NCBI GenBank assembly: GCA_043747615.1
Contig: JAYTOU010000015.1
Coordinates: 21,655 to 85,654, forward strand
Direction of reading: 5' to 3'
Source of the DNA: Myxococcales bacterium
GTDB lineage: Bacteria > Myxococcota_A > Polyangia > Polyangiales > Polyangiaceae
DNA: 64,000 nucleotides
The notes under the pieces were generated by a model. That model worked only from the letters and a program-made list of their open reading frames with translations, was not told the DNA's origin and made no database searches. Every line of letters begins with the position of its first letter. Positions within the stretch are counted from its first letter, which is position 1. Positions 1 through 11,056 of this stretch are shown in pieces. The position numbers and the translations under genes are program-made.

Positions 1-3000
1 GTTCGTCACGAAGCTCCCATATTCCTCGGGTGAAATCGTCCCGGTGGGAATTTGCAAGACGAAGTCGTCCTCGAGCACGTTGCCGGCGACGGAGAGCGTG
101 CGCTGAGCGTCGAGCGAGCGGCTCTTCACGTTGAGAGGGCCGGGCATCCGCGTCACCGAAGCCCCGCTCGGCAGCTCGATGCGGCGGTGCGCGTGGTACT
201 GGACGGCGCGGCTGATCCCGAGAGCGTTTTCGCGTGCGCCTTGGCTGGCGTACGTCGCGCCGAGGGTGGTGACGGCGGGGCGGGGGAAGACGACGTGAAT
301 GGGATCAATGCCCGGGAGCACCCAGCTGCGGCTGCGCAGTGTCCCTTCGAGCTGCGCGTACCCAGGAACGGAGACCTCGGCCCGAAGAGCAATCTGCCAG
401 CTTCCTTCGGTGGACGAGAGCTGCACGTCGTCGATGTTCGCAAACGGAACCCACGCCAGAGCGACGCCCCGAAGCGCTCGCTGCCGTTCGGTCCCCACCA
501 CGCGCACCAAGGCCTCGGCGATCTCTTGCGAGGCGCGGCCGCGCAGAAGGATCGTGAAGCTCCCCTTTGCGTCTCCCTTTGCGTCGAGCACCAAGCGCAG
601 ATCGATCTCGTCCTTCTCGTTCTCGCCCGTCGCCGCAGGCATGGGCGCGATCCGTCCGTCCGAATACAGAACACTGCGCCCGCGAAGCTCGGGCGAAAAT
701 CGTCCGGCGGGGAGCGGAGGCCCCGGCACGTCGGCGTCGATCCACACGTCGAGCCCGGGCGACATTTTTCCGAGCGCCCGCGGGTCTTCCGTCGGCGCAA
801 GGTGAGCGATCGCAAGGGGGTGGAGGAAGCGACCGAAATGCGGCGGGAAGGCTGGATCCGCGCTGAATGGCTCATTCTCGGCGACGACGACCTCGGCACG
901 GATCCCGAGTGACTGGAGCGCGCGCACGATGAGCCACGTTCGGCTCCCTTCGCGATCGGTGAGAATGGTTCGCGCTGTGGTGGACTGCGGTCCCCGCGAG
1001 CGGCCGCTCACGTCGCTCAGGATTCCTCCCGATGCTTCACGCACCGTCACGCCTGCGGCTTGCACGATGGCCTCGACGACCTGACGCTGATGCGGCGGCG
1101 ATACCGCTTTCGTCGACTCACGCGCCCACGCGGAAATCTCGGGCTCGCGCTCGTCGAGTGAGGCGAGGTTCTCACGCAGCGCCTTCGCCACCCCCGCCCA
1201 CGTCGTCGTGGAGAAGCTCACGCCCACGCTGCGATCCATTCGCGGGATCCCGTCCTCGCTCCGCCGCACCGATCGATCACGTACGTTCCAGGTGAGGACG
1301 CGGCGATCTCCGTCGGTGGTCTCGGTTGCCTTGCCGAGGAGCGGGTGGCTCCAGAGCGACCCCTTGACGCTCGCGGGAAGGCGCAGCTCGACCAGCGCCG
1401 AGGCCACCGCCGTACGATCCGGCAGCAGATCCGGCGTGTCGATGCCGAGGTCGCCCGTTTCTCCGGGAAGTGCCCAGCCTTCGTAGATCGCTTCGATCGC
1501 ATCGCCCTGTTCGAGCTGCGAAAGATCGGCGTGCCCTTGCGAGGCGTGCGGCGTTCGATCGGGCTCGAGAATGCGGCCGTCCTTCTTGAAGATGCGGCGT
1601 CGAAGAATGCGCATGGCGCTGCGCCCGCTCAGCTCGGGGGCCTCGGCCTGGGCGTTCTGATCCACGTCGGTCGTGCCGCTCACCCGGCGCACGTCGAGCA
1701 TCACGAAGCGCAAGACTCCGTGCGAGTCGACGTCGTAGCGCTCGATGTGCTGGAGCACGGCCGTGGCTGCGTCGGCCAGCATGGGATGCGCCCGATCCGC
1801 GGCGGTCACTTTTTCGGCCATGCCCGCGAACGGCGCTGCGGGGTCTTCTCCGAGAGCGCGAAAGAGCGGGGCAAGCCCAGAAGGCGCGTCGCGGGCTGTG
1901 AGAGCGGCGGCGAAGAGCTTTGCTTTTGCGTCCGTCGCTGGCGTGGTGGCGAAGAGACCTGCGAGCGTCTTCTCGCCGGGAAGCATCGCGGCGTACGTGC
2001 TTCGGGCAGCCTCGCTGTCACCCACCGACAAACTCTCGCGAAGAGACAGCGCCAGAAAAAGCTCCGGTCCTCCGCGCACCGCGCGAACGCGATTGAGCTC
2101 TTGGGCCGCGCCAAGGTGATCGCCGATCTCGCGCAGCGCTTCGAAGCAGCTGAGACTGCTCCGGTCGTTCGGTGCCATCGCCGTGCACGTGAAACGAGCG
2201 CGGTTGTCCTGAGCGCGCTGCATCGCCGTTCTGCGCGTATCGGTGAGGAGCGAAGTCCCCTCCAGCCGAAGGGTCGCGCGCTCGAGTGCCGTTCGCGATC
2301 GGTCGAAGAGTCGATCGTGCGCGCTCACCGCGGCGTCGAACGCGTCGAGGATCGGCAGGGCGTTCGCGCCCGCCTTCGCACGATGAAGATCCACGTCGTT
2401 GAGAGATTCGATCCGGGCCTCGCCGGCGCCGCGCCTCACGCCCGCAAGAACGCCGTGCGCGAGGATCGCTTCCCAAGAGGTGGGCCACGATTCGAGGACC
2501 CGCTCGTACGCGCCGCGTGCCCGCTCTGCGCGATGCACGAGCGACAGATCTTTCGCCGTCTCCACCGCGCGCGCGTACGTCAGGAGAAGCTCCGGAGGTG
2601 CGGTGATGCCCCGTGCGTCCGTCTCTAGTACGTGCTCCGCCGTTCGCCCGTCTCCAGCTGCGAGGGCGGCGGCGGCGATCGCGACCCTCTCGTCAACCCC
2701 GTGCGGCTCGGGGTAGGTAACCGCCACGGACGAGAGCGCCCGCGCGCTTGCGCGTTCTCCGACCTTCGGCGCGTGCATCTTCAGCGCTGCTCCATGCTCG
2801 CCCCAGGCGTCGATCTCCAGCGTCTCGCCGTCTTCGTCGAGCCCGACACGCGTCACGATACGGACCCGTCCACGCTCCACCTCGACCCGGGCGAACCTGG
2901 CCGCCTCGTCGCCGCCGAGGTCGTACGGTCGGTCGATCACCGTGCGTCCGCCGACCCGGAGAACTGCGGCGCCGTGCGCGCGAAGTGCCACGCCGATCGT

Positions 3001-3744
3001 CTGTTTTTCAGGCACTTCCACGTCGAACACGACGTCTCGCAGGCCGCTCTGCGCGCTCGGCGCCGAGAGATCTACGGCGCACGCGCGTCCGCGGACGATG
3101 AGCGGCGCGGTGCTTGTGCCGAACGGACCCGGAGGAGTGAAAGAGGCGGGGACCGGCGCATCGAAGGCGTCGAGCGGACTCGGCTCGTGCACGCTCGTGA
3201 TGCTCGTCCACGTGAGCGGTCCGAGCACGGTGACTTCCCGCGCGCATCCCCGCGCCGATCGCCAGCGTTCGCTTTCCGCGGCATCTCCGTGGTGCTCGGC
3301 GAGCTTCTCGAGAGCGCGGGCGATCAGCCCCTTGGTGAACGTTCCGTCCGCTGCTTCGAACTGCTTCGGCAGTTGCTGTGAGATCGGCTCGCGACCTTCC
3401 GCCGCCGTCCACAGCGCGGCGTCTTTCGTTCGGTAGACGAGAGCTGCGTCCTCCGAGACCTCGAGGAGCGCGGGGATTCGTCGCCACACGAGCGCGTCGA
3501 GGGCCGCCTCCGCTCCAATGATCTGCCACTCGGCCTTGGCGTGCGAGGCCTCGGCGAGCGCATCGAGATAAAGCTGCCGAGCACGCGCCGGATCTCCGAT
3601 CGCTTCTTCGCGCACCGCGGCAACGATGCGCCTGGCCACGTCTTCACTTTGCGCGGTTCGCCCTGATTTCGCGTCCGGGGCATTTCCGCCGCACGCCGCC
3701 AGCGCTACGAGCAGCGAAACACCCATGAATTTACGGGTAAACAT
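1..3744 (-). CDS. Large lipoprotein with DUF3857/transglutaminase-like domain, catalytic Cys absent (3' end runs off the window)
   Basis: Not in the ORF track because no stop is reached. Manual translation from ATG 3744 gives MFTRKFMGVSLLVALAAC (lipobox) and the frame stays open to base 1 (...PEEYGSFVTN). C-terminal half parallels the upstream paralog (LSQLEQGDAIE, REGSRTWL..LGI, FLHPLA, WIDAD). The ATG overlaps the upstream TAA (TAATG). Confidence 0.8.
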   Translation of the reverse strand, partial: MFTRKFMGVSLLVALAACGGNAPDAKSGRTAQSEDVARRIVAAVREEAIGDPARARQLYLDALAEASHAKAEWQIIGAEAALDALVWRRIPALLEVSEDAALVYRTKDAALWTAAEGREPISQQLPKQFEAADGTFTKGLIARALEKLAEHHGDAAESERWRSARGCAREVTVLGPLTWTSITSVHEPSPLDAFDAPVPASFTPPGPFGTSTAPLIVRGRACAVDLSAPSAQSGLRDVVFDVEVPEKQTIGVALRAHGAAVLRVGGRTVIDRPYDLGGDEAARFARVEVERGRVRIVTRVGLDEDGETLEIDAWGEHGAALKMHAPKVGERASARALSSVAVTYPEPHGVDERVAIAAAALAAGDGRTAEHVLETDARGITAPPELLLTYARAVETAKDLSLVHRAERARGAYERVLESWPTSWEAILAHGVLAGVRRGAGEARIESLNDVDLHRAKAGANALPILDAFDAAVSAHDRLFDRSRTALERATLRLEGTSLLTDTRRTAMQRAQDNRARFTCTAMAPNDRSSLSCFEALREIGDHLGAAQELNRVRAVRGGPELFLALSLRESLSVGDSEAARSTYAAMLPGEKTLAGLFATTPATDAKAKLFAAALTARDAPSGLAPLFRALGEDPAAPFAGMAEKVTAADRAHPMLADAATAVLQHIERYDVDSHGVLRFVMLDVRRVSGTTDVDQNAQAEAPELSGRSAMRILRRRIFKKDGRILEPDRTPHASQGHADLSQLEQGDAIEAIYEGWALPGETGDLGIDTPDLLPDRTAVASALVELRLPASVKGSLWSHPLLGKATETTDGDRRVLTWNVRDRSVRRSEDGIPRMDRSVGVSFSTTTWAGVAKALRENLASLDEREPEISAWARESTKAVSPPHQRQVVEAIVQAAGVTVREASGGILSDVSGRSRGPQSTTARTILTDREGSRTWLIVRALQSLGIRAEVVVAENEPFSADPAFPPHFGRFLHPLAIAHLAPTEDPRALGKMSPGLDVWIDADVPGPPLPAGRFSPELRGRSVLYSDGRIAPMPAATGENEKDEIDLRLVLDAKGDAKGSFTILLRGRASQEIAEALVRVVGTERQRALRGVALAWVPFANIDDVQLSSTEGSWQIALRAEVSVPGYAQLEGTLRSRSWVLPGIDPIHVVFPRPAVTTLGATYASQGARENALGISRAVQYHAHRRIELPSGASVTRMPGPLNVKSRSLDAQRTLSVAGNVLEDDFVLQIPTGTISPEEYGSFVTN

Positions 3745-6700
3745 TACTTGCCACTCCGTTTTACGACGCCATCGTTTGCGCTCATCAGACGAACGCTCTT
3801 GTGCATGATCGCATCGACGCGCTGGATGAAGCCGCGCCACGCCGCATATTTCTCCACCGGGATGAGGCTCTGATCAAAGACGACCGTCCGCTTGATCAGC
3901 ACGGCACGCGGGTCCTTCGGATCTTTTGCGATCTCGATGTGCGCGCTCCCGAACTCGCCTCCGTTCTCGTCTCCGCCTGGCGGAAGCTCGCCCCAGCGGT
4001 ACCCGGCCGGCGCGATCACCCGGATGGTCCGGCGTTGATGGCTGGGCGCAAGGTGCGACGGCAGAGACACGGGGAGCGTGCGCTTTACGAGCGGCGCAAG
4101 TTGGTAGGCAAGCGTGGCGCTCGGCGACAACGGCACCACCAGCTCGCCTTGCTCGTGGCGAGCGAGGCCATCGGAGTGCGCGCTGTACTTCACCCAGGCC
4201 TGACCGTTTTTCAGGTTCCCGTTGAAGTCGATTTTCTTGTCGACTTGCACGGTCGGAAACCAACTTCCCACCAGATTGTCCTCTACGTACTGCGCGCGCG
4301 CATCGGCCTGCGTGAGGTAGCTTCGCAGCCAAAATGCGCCGTCTCCGGTGTGTTTCTCTTCGCCGACCAGATCGCCCGAGCCGTCCGCGTGCAGGGTGAT
4401 GGTCCAGCTCACTTCCGAGCCGTGATCGTCCGGGGAGCTCGCCGGCATCTGGACGACTTCGGCGGGCCCGGCGTCCATCCGCAGCGCGACGGCGCGTGCG
4501 TCCATCGAGGGGAGCGGTCCGAGCCGCGACTGAGGGCTCGTGGCGTCCAGATATTTTCCTCCGTTCGGTCCGGGAAGAAAAGCAATCCCGTGATCGAACA
4601 TGGGAACGGCCACGTTCTTGGCGAGGAGCACGGAGGGCTGGCCGGTCTCGCGCGTCTGGACCATGACTTCTTGAGCGTCGATCCCCACGCTTCGAAGTAG
4701 AGTGATGAGTAGGATCGCTTTGTCGTCGCAGTCACCTTCGCGCCGCGCGAGCAGTTGCTGCGGGCGGTTCGGGAGCCACCACTCGCCGCTCACGTAGTTC
4801 ACATAGCGGATGTCGTCGGCGACGAAGTCGAAGAGCGCTTCGAGCTTGGCCTCGCGCGTGACCTTCCCCTTCGTGAGCTCCGCCGCCAGGCGCCTCACCT
4901 CGGCATCGGGCTCGGTGAAGCCGCGCACCGCTTCGGCGTACCAGGTGCGAAATTCTCCCCAGTTGCGAAAGGTCGAGCCCACGATCACCGGGACCACTTC
5001 GGTCAGCTGCGGGGCAAGCGGCTCCTCGGCGATGATGACCGGCTTGTCCCAGATCAGACGGGTGACGTGGCGTCCGTTGTCGTCGCGCTCTTCGCGGCGA
5101 TCCGGCGCTCCGTGGATCACGTCGAGGTAGAGCGGGTGCTGGGGCGACGTCTCGACGACCACCTCGTTGTAGAGGAGCGGATGGGTCGACGTTGAGCCGG
5201 CGTAGTCGAGAAAGTAGAACGGAGGATCTCCGCGACCGCCCACCGCGGCGCTCGTCCACGTGCGGATCGCGACCTCCACGGTGTCGCCGGGCGACAGCTC
5301 GGGCCAGCGAATGCGCGGCCTCGATCCTTCGTTGTGCTCTTCGACCGGGAACGCCGTGCCGCCGTCCTTGTGATGCACGCGCGCCCGCAGGATCTCGGTG
5401 AGATCGCCCTCGGCCGGGATGTCCTCGAGGAGCTCCTCTTGGGTGCGCGGTGAGATGACGATCTCGCGTGCGTAGTGAATGAGCTGCGAGACGCGCTTGT
5501 CGGGATGCATGACGACGGCGCGAAGCCAGTAGAGCTCGCGATCGGCGACGTCGGGTACCACACCGACAGCGGGCGCACCCTGGCGTTTGGCGAGGATGGC
5601 TTGCGAGGTGACGAGGTATTTTTCGTCGCCTTGGTCCTTCGTGCGGTCCGTGGTCTGGCTTGTTCCGGGCTCACGAGGCGCACGCATGGCGAGCTCTGCG
5701 CGGAAGCGGGCTTCTCCGGGGGCGAGATCGCGGGCACGCCGGAGCGCCGCCATCGTCCCGGCATTGTCCTGACCCTTCTTCGACGTGGCTGCGAGCTCGT
5801 CGGCGAGAGCTCCCCACGCGTCGGCCTCGTTCGGGGACCACGTCACGAGCTCCGTCAGCAGCGAAGCGGCGACCTCGTGCTCTCCGGCCCGCGACGCAAC
5901 CCGCGCAACGGCGAGGCCCTCATCGGCATCTTCCAGGCCTCCGTCGAACGCGGCTTTCGCGGCAGCGACGATCGCTTTCGAGCCGCGCACGCCGGCGGAT
6001 TCGACCGCGGCAGCGTCGGAATATCCGCGCTGGGTGAGAGCCTCGCGCGTCTTCAGCGTGCGGGCAACGTCGTACGATGCGGCCACGGCAGCGAGGTGCT
6101 CGAGGAGCCGCGTCGGCACGGTCGTCGGAGCCGCGTCGACGGCGGCCGCAAGCTCGCGCATGGCGCTCACTCGAAGAGCCTCGGTGCCGAGCCCGAGGTT
6201 CGTCGATGCGCGAAGGAGCACGGCCTCCGCGTCGGTCGCCGTAGCGACGCTGGACCCACGCACGGTCGCCATGGCCCAGTCCGGCATGTGGGCGTTCAGA
6301 TGCTCGGCGACGAGACGGCGATCGGTGAACGCTTTGGTCGCCACGTCTCCGCTTGCTTCGGCCTGACTTCGCGCGCGATTGAGCCACCCGCTGCGGTTCG
6401 CTCCCGACGGCGCGATGTAACCGACCATGGCCAGGCGATCGGCGTCGAGCCCTGGGGCCCGGCTGATCGCGTCGAGCATTCCAGCCGCACGCGGGCTCTT
6501 CAAGTCGTCGGCGCCCCCGAGTGTCCGCACGATGGCCGCGTCGAGCAGCGCGTCGATTTCGGCTTGATTTTGGCCGCGGCGAGCGAACGCTCCATCTTGC
6601 GCAGCGAGGGTTCGGGAGAGCGGTGTGGTCAGCTTTTGCACCGTGACCTTCGCTCCGCCGGTGGGGGCGGGCGGATCTCTCAGCTCGGCGCTCGCGGTCA

Positions 6701-7565
6701 CGGCAATCGGCGCGCCGCTCTCGGCCGTGATCCGGATACGGACGTGCCCATCGTCGGCGAGCGCGCCGCTGCACACCTTCGCGGTGATCAAGTGATCACC
6801 GGCCTTCGCTTCGACCTTTGCGGCCAGGCGATCGAGGAGCGCGGACGCATGCACGTCTTCGCTCTTGCCGAGCTCGACACCGTCGAACATCAGTCGTACT
6901 TGCCCTGTCGCTGCGAGACGAACGACGATCGGTTTGCCGTCGAGCGACACGCGGGTGGCGGCGATGGTGCAGCTCTCTTTTCGCGGATGGATGAACAGAT
7001 CGAGCGGCACTCCGCGTGCGGTTGCGTAGTTTGCGGGCACCGTCCGCCAGGGGACGTCGATCGTTCCCCACGAGTAGCGCGCACGCATGTCGCCGAACGA
7101 GTGCCCTTTTTCTTCCGGCCCCTCCTTGGCGACGAGCCCACCGCCGGTGTCACGGAAAGGGCCTACAATAGCCAGCTCGGTGATGATCCCGAGCTTCTTG
7201 TCGAGGGCCGTCCCCGCGGCCGTTCCCTCGTCGCCGGAAAGAGAGCGGGCAACGGCGGCCGCCTCGCCTCGCACGTCCTCGGCGATGTCCGTCCCGCGAG
7301 CGATGTCATCGAGGGCCTTCGTTGCCCGGCCGTAGCTGGCCCGATCCGCGAGGTCGGCGAGGTTCACGATGCTGGCCACGACGTCTCGTTCGGGCGCCTT
7401 CGTGGCAAGCGCGCGCGCTCTCGCGCCGTCGACCATGCCGTCCGGAGTCTCGGCGGTGAAACGGGGCGTGTTGCCCGTCGGCTCGGGGCGTGGAGCGCTC
7501 CCCCCGGCAGCGACACAAAACGTTGCGAGCACGACGAGAGCAACACGGGCGGGACGGGCGGGCAT
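3744..7565 (-). CDS. Exported DUF3857/transglutaminase-like domain protein with helical (TPR-like) region
   Basis: 1273-aa ORF with N-terminal hydrophobic signal. Transglutaminase triad motifs REGDCDDKA, FDHGIAF, YLDATS; DUF3857-like PELSPGDTVE. Confidence 0.85.
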   Translation of the reverse strand: MPARPARVALVVLATFCVAAGGSAPRPEPTGNTPRFTAETPDGMVDGARARALATKAPERDVVASIVNLADLADRASYGRATKALDDIARGTDIAEDVRGEAAAVARSLSGDEGTAAGTALDKKLGIITELAIVGPFRDTGGGLVAKEGPEEKGHSFGDMRARYSWGTIDVPWRTVPANYATARGVPLDLFIHPRKESCTIAATRVSLDGKPIVVRLAATGQVRLMFDGVELGKSEDVHASALLDRLAAKVEAKAGDHLITAKVCSGALADDGHVRIRITAESGAPIAVTASAELRDPPAPTGGAKVTVQKLTTPLSRTLAAQDGAFARRGQNQAEIDALLDAAIVRTLGGADDLKSPRAAGMLDAISRAPGLDADRLAMVGYIAPSGANRSGWLNRARSQAEASGDVATKAFTDRRLVAEHLNAHMPDWAMATVRGSSVATATDAEAVLLRASTNLGLGTEALRVSAMRELAAAVDAAPTTVPTRLLEHLAAVAASYDVARTLKTREALTQRGYSDAAAVESAGVRGSKAIVAAAKAAFDGGLEDADEGLAVARVASRAGEHEVAASLLTELVTWSPNEADAWGALADELAATSKKGQDNAGTMAALRRARDLAPGEARFRAELAMRAPREPGTSQTTDRTKDQGDEKYLVTSQAILAKRQGAPAVGVVPDVADRELYWLRAVVMHPDKRVSQLIHYAREIVISPRTQEELLEDIPAEGDLTEILRARVHHKDGGTAFPVEEHNEGSRPRIRWPELSPGDTVEVAIRTWTSAAVGGRGDPPFYFLDYAGSTSTHPLLYNEVVVETSPQHPLYLDVIHGAPDRREERDDNGRHVTRLIWDKPVIIAEEPLAPQLTEVVPVIVGSTFRNWGEFRTWYAEAVRGFTEPDAEVRRLAAELTKGKVTREAKLEALFDFVADDIRYVNYVSGEWWLPNRPQQLLARREGDCDDKAILLITLLRSVGIDAQEVMVQTRETGQPSVLLAKNVAVPMFDHGIAFLPGPNGGKYLDATSPQSRLGPLPSMDARAVALRMDAGPAEVVQMPASSPDDHGSEVSWTITLHADGSGDLVGEEKHTGDGAFWLRSYLTQADARAQYVEDNLVGSWFPTVQVDKKIDFNGNLKNGQAWVKYSAHSDGLARHEQGELVVPLSPSATLAYQLAPLVKRTLPVSLPSHLAPSHQRRTIRVIAPAGYRWGELPPGGDENGGEFGSAHIEIAKDPKDPRAVLIKRTVVFDQSLIPVEKYAAWRGFIQRVDAIMHKSVRLMSANDGVVKRSGK

Positions 7566-7692
7566 TTAGACCTTTCGGCATCTCGGGCGGCGAGAAGTTC
7601 CCCGCAACCCTGAACAGGCGTTATACGCGAAGGGCGGCGAAGTGGTTCCAACCGCTTTGCATCCCGAATCGTCTTCCGGAGAGGTTTTCAAC

Positions 7693-8997
7693 ATGTCGTC
7701 AATCAATGCCTTCACCCCGCCCGCTAGCGGCGCCCCGATCACCATGGGTGTTGGAAACAAACTTCAGGTGCCGAACAATCCCATCGTCCCCTTCATCGAA
7801 GGCGACGGCACCGGTCGAGACATCTGGCGCGCGTCGGTCCGCGTGCTCGATGCGGCCGTGCAAAAGGCCTACGGCGGCGAGAGGAAGATCGCCTGGTACG
7901 AGGTCTTTGCCGGCGAGAAGGCATTTCAAGCCTTCAACAACTGGCTTCCCGACGAGACGGTCGAGGCCTTCCGCAAATACCTCGTCGGCATCAAGGGCCC
8001 GCTCACGACGCCGATCGGCGGCGGCATCCGTTCGCTGAACGTCGCTCTTCGCCAGATGCTCGATCTCTACGTGTGCCTCAGGCCCGTGCGCTGGTTCAAG
8101 GGCGTGCCCAGCCCCGTGAAGCACCCCGAATCGGTCGACATGGTGATCTTCCGCGAGAACACGGAAGACATCTACGCCGGGATCGAGTTCGAAGCCGAGA
8201 GCGCCGAGGCGAAGAAGATCCTCGCCTTCATCGAGAAAGAGTTCCCGAAGGACTTCAAAAAAATTCGCTTCCCCGCGAGCACCGGCATCGGCGTGAAGCC
8301 GGTCAGCCGCGACGGCACCGAGCGCTTGATGCGCGCCGCGATCAACTACGCGCTCCTCAAGAAGAGCAAGAGCGTCACCATCGTCCACAAGGGCAACATC
8401 ATGAAGTACACCGAAGGCGCCTTCATGAAGTGGGGCTACGCCCTTGCCGAGAAGGAGTTCGGCGACAAGGTCTACACGTGGGCGGCCTGGGAAAAGACGA
8501 AAGACACGAAGGGCGAAGACGCCGCGAACGCCGAGCAAAAGGCCGAGCTCGCGAAGGGCAAGCTCCTCATCAAGGACGCCATCGCCGACATCACGCTCCA
8601 GCAAGTGCTCACGCGGCCGAAGGAGTTCGACGTCATCGCCACCCTCAACCTCAACGGCGACTACCTCTCCGACGCGCTCGCAGCCCAGGTCGGCGGAATC
8701 GGCATCGCCCCCGGCGGCAACATCAACTACGTCACCGGTCACGCCATCTTCGAAGCGACGCACGGAACGGCACCGAAGTACGCGGATCTCGACAAGGTGA
8801 ACCCGGGCAGCGTTATTCTTTCGGGCGAGATGATGCTTCGTCACATGGGGTGGATAGAAGCGGCCGACCTCATCATCAAGGGGATGGACGGCGCCATCGC
8901 CAGCAAGCGCGTCACCTACGATTTTGCGCGGCTCATGGAAGGAGCCACCGAGATCAAGTGCGGCGCCTTCGGGACCAACATCATCGAGCACATGTGA
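7693..8997 (+). CDS. icd: NADP-dependent isocitrate dehydrogenase
   Basis: [36 protein letters not shown] and [12 protein letters not shown] motifs; GAGG RBS before ATG 7693. Confidence 0.97.
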   Translation: MSSINAFTPPASGAPITMGVGNKLQVPNNPIVPFIEGDGTGRDIWRASVRVLDAAVQKAYGGERKIAWYEVFAGEKAFQAFNNWLPDETVEAFRKYLVGIKGPLTTPIGGGIRSLNVALRQMLDLYVCLRPVRWFKGVPSPVKHPESVDMVIFRENTEDIYAGIEFEAESAEAKKILAFIEKEFPKDFKKIRFPASTGIGVKPVSRDGTERLMRAAINYALLKKSKSVTIVHKGNIMKYTEGAFMKWGYALAEKEFGDKVYTWAAWEKTKDTKGEDAANAEQKAELAKGKLLIKDAIADITLQQVLTRPKEFDVIATLNLNGDYLSDALAAQVGGIGIAPGGNINYVTGHAIFEATHGTAPKYADLDKVNPGSVILSGEMMLRHMGWIEAADLIIKGMDGAIASKRVTYDFARLMEGATEIKCGAFGTNIIEHM

Positions 8998-9006
8998 CGA
9001 AGCACT

Positions 9007-10032
9007 TCACCAAGTGCCGTCGATGTTCTTGATGAAGTCGTACGGGTAGCCGAGGTCGGGCGCGCTTACGGCGTCGAGGCGCGCGACGGCTTCGGGGGGT
9101 AGCTCGAGGTCACCCGCGCCGAGATTCTCGTCGAGCTGGGCCACCGTGCGCGCGCCGAAGATCACCGACGAGACAACCTCACGCGCGAGGAGCCACGCGA
9201 GGGCGACCTGACTCGGCGGCTTCGACAGCTCCTTGGCGACGGAGACGAGCGCCTCGACGATCGACCAATTTCGCTCGGTGTCGAAGCCCTTGTAGCGGTC
9301 TTTCCACTGCGCGAGCCGCGTGCCGGGAGGCGGTGATTGACCGCGCTGGTATTTCCCGGTCAGGAGCCCGGCGGCCAGCGGTGACCACGGCAAGATGCCG
9401 AGGCCGAACTTCGCGCAGAGCGGCACGTGCTCACGCTCCAGCGCACGCGACGCGAGGTTGTACTGTGCTTGCAACGTGACGAACCTGTCGAGACCGCGCT
9501 TGTCCGCCACCCACAGCGATTCGACGAGCCGATAGGCCGCATAGTTCGAGGCGCCGAAGTACACGATTTTCCCCGCTCGCACGGCGTCGTCGAGCGCGCG
9601 CACGAGCTCGTCTTCCGGAGTGCGAAGGTCTTGCATGTGAATCTGGTAGAGATCGATTCGATCCGTGCCGAGGCGCGTCAGGCTGGCGTCGATCGCCTTG
9701 GTGATCCGCATCCGCGAGGCTCCGGTGCCGTTCGGACCCGGCGACATTCGGAAGCGACCCTTGGTGGCAACGACGACCTTGTCGCGATTCTTGCGAGCCG
9801 CGAGCCAGGCCCCCAAGACACGCTCCGATAGACCGTCTTGACCGTACACATCGGCGGTGTCGACGAAGTTGATCCCGGCGTCGAAGGCACGGTCGAGGAC
9901 CGCGAAGCTCTCTTTCTCGTCGGAGCCGACGCCGTGCATGAAGGATTTCTCGTCGGCTTCGCCAAACGTCATGGCGCCGAGACAGAGAACGGAGACCTGC
10001 GTGCCGGTCACTCCCAATTGGCGGTATTTCAT
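9007..10032 (-). CDS. Aldo/keto reductase
   Basis: LCLGAMTFG, DTADVY, ATK, IDLYQIH and PWSPLAAGLL motifs. Confidence 0.95.
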   Translation of the reverse strand: MKYRQLGVTGTQVSVLCLGAMTFGEADEKSFMHGVGSDEKESFAVLDRAFDAGINFVDTADVYGQDGLSERVLGAWLAARKNRDKVVVATKGRFRMSPGPNGTGASRMRITKAIDASLTRLGTDRIDLYQIHMQDLRTPEDELVRALDDAVRAGKIVYFGASNYAAYRLVESLWVADKRGLDRFVTLQAQYNLASRALEREHVPLCAKFGLGILPWSPLAAGLLTGKYQRGQSPPPGTRLAQWKDRYKGFDTERNWSIVEALVSVAKELSKPPSQVALAWLLAREVVSSVIFGARTVAQLDENLGAGDLELPPEAVARLDAVSAPDLGYPYDFIKNIDGTW

Positions 10033-10107
10033 GACGCGAGCTTAGCCTGGCTCGGCGCGCAATGCGTGGCTCTTGAGTCCTGGGACCTTCGGCACTAGAG
10101 GTGCGCC

Positions 10108-11046
10108 ATGCCCACCCGCAAGAAGATTGGTCTCATCGGCGCTGGCAACATCGGCGGAGAGCTTGCTCGCCTGCTCGCGAACAAAGAGCTCGGTGACGTT
10201 TGGCTCTACGACATCGCGGCGAAAGAAAATTTCGCCAAGGGCAAGGCCCTCGATCTCGAGCAAAACGGCTCCGTCCTCGGCTACGACGCCAACATCCGGG
10301 GCACGGCGAATTGGGAAGACCTGAAGGGCGCCGACGTCCTCATCATCACCGCCGGCATTCCGCGCAAGCCGGGGCAGTCGCGCGACGATCTCGTGGCGAG
10401 CAACCTACCCATCATCCGCAACGTCGCCGAGAGCGCAAAAAAACACTGCCCCGATGCGTTCGTCATCGTCATCTCGAATCCGCTCGACGCGATGGTCTAC
10501 GAGTACAAGCGCGTCGTCGGCTGTTCGAAAGAAAAAGTCGTGGGCATGGCCGGCGTGCTCGACTCTGCGCGTTTCCAGCTCTTTTTGGCGCGTGAAGCAG
10601 GCGTCAGCGTCAAGGACGTGCGCACGATGGTCCTCGGCGGCCACGGCGACGACATGGTTCACATCCTCGGCTGCTGCACGATCAATGGCATCCCCGTCTC
10701 GCAGCTCATCGAAAAAACGAAGCTCCAAGCGATCGTCGATCGCACCCGCAAGGGCGGAGGCGAGATCGTCAACCTGATGGGAACGAGCGCCTACTACGCG
10801 CCAGCGTCGAGCGCCGTGTCGATGGCCGAGGCTTTCTTGCTCGATCAGAAACGCCTCCTCCCCGCGGCCGCGTACCTCGACGGCGAGTACGGCTACAAGG
10901 ACCTCTTCATGGGCGTGCCCGTCATCATCGGCGGCAAGGGCGTCGAGCGCATCGTGAAGGTCGAGCTGTCCGAAGAAGAAAAAGGAATGCTCGCCAAGAG
11001 CGCGGCGAGCGTTCAAGCGGTCGTCGACATCTGCAAGAAGGGCTGA
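10108..11046 (+). CDS. mdh: Malate dehydrogenase (LDH-like type)
   Basis: GAGNIG, TAGIPRKPGQSRDDL, SNPLD, LDSARF and LGGHGD motifs. Confidence 0.97.
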   Translation: MPTRKKIGLIGAGNIGGELARLLANKELGDVWLYDIAAKENFAKGKALDLEQNGSVLGYDANIRGTANWEDLKGADVLIITAGIPRKPGQSRDDLVASNLPIIRNVAESAKKHCPDAFVIVISNPLDAMVYEYKRVVGCSKEKVVGMAGVLDSARFQLFLAREAGVSVKDVRTMVLGGHGDDMVHILGCCTINGIPVSQLIEKTKLQAIVDRTRKGGGEIVNLMGTSAYYAPASSAVSMAEAFLLDQKRLLPAAAYLDGEYGYKDLFMGVPVIIGGKGVERIVKVELSEEEKGMLAKSAASVQAVVDICKKG

Positions 11047-11056
11047 CCCAAGCCAG

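Noticed and set aside
52..3436. Several + strand ORFs (52-912, 1345-2628, 2632-3381)
   Set aside because: Antisense shadows of the long minus-strand gene 1-3744; Arg-rich translations with no recognisable motifs.
5475..7613. 712-aa + strand ORF
   Set aside because: Shadow of the transglutaminase-like gene; high GC3 suppresses stops on the antisense strand.
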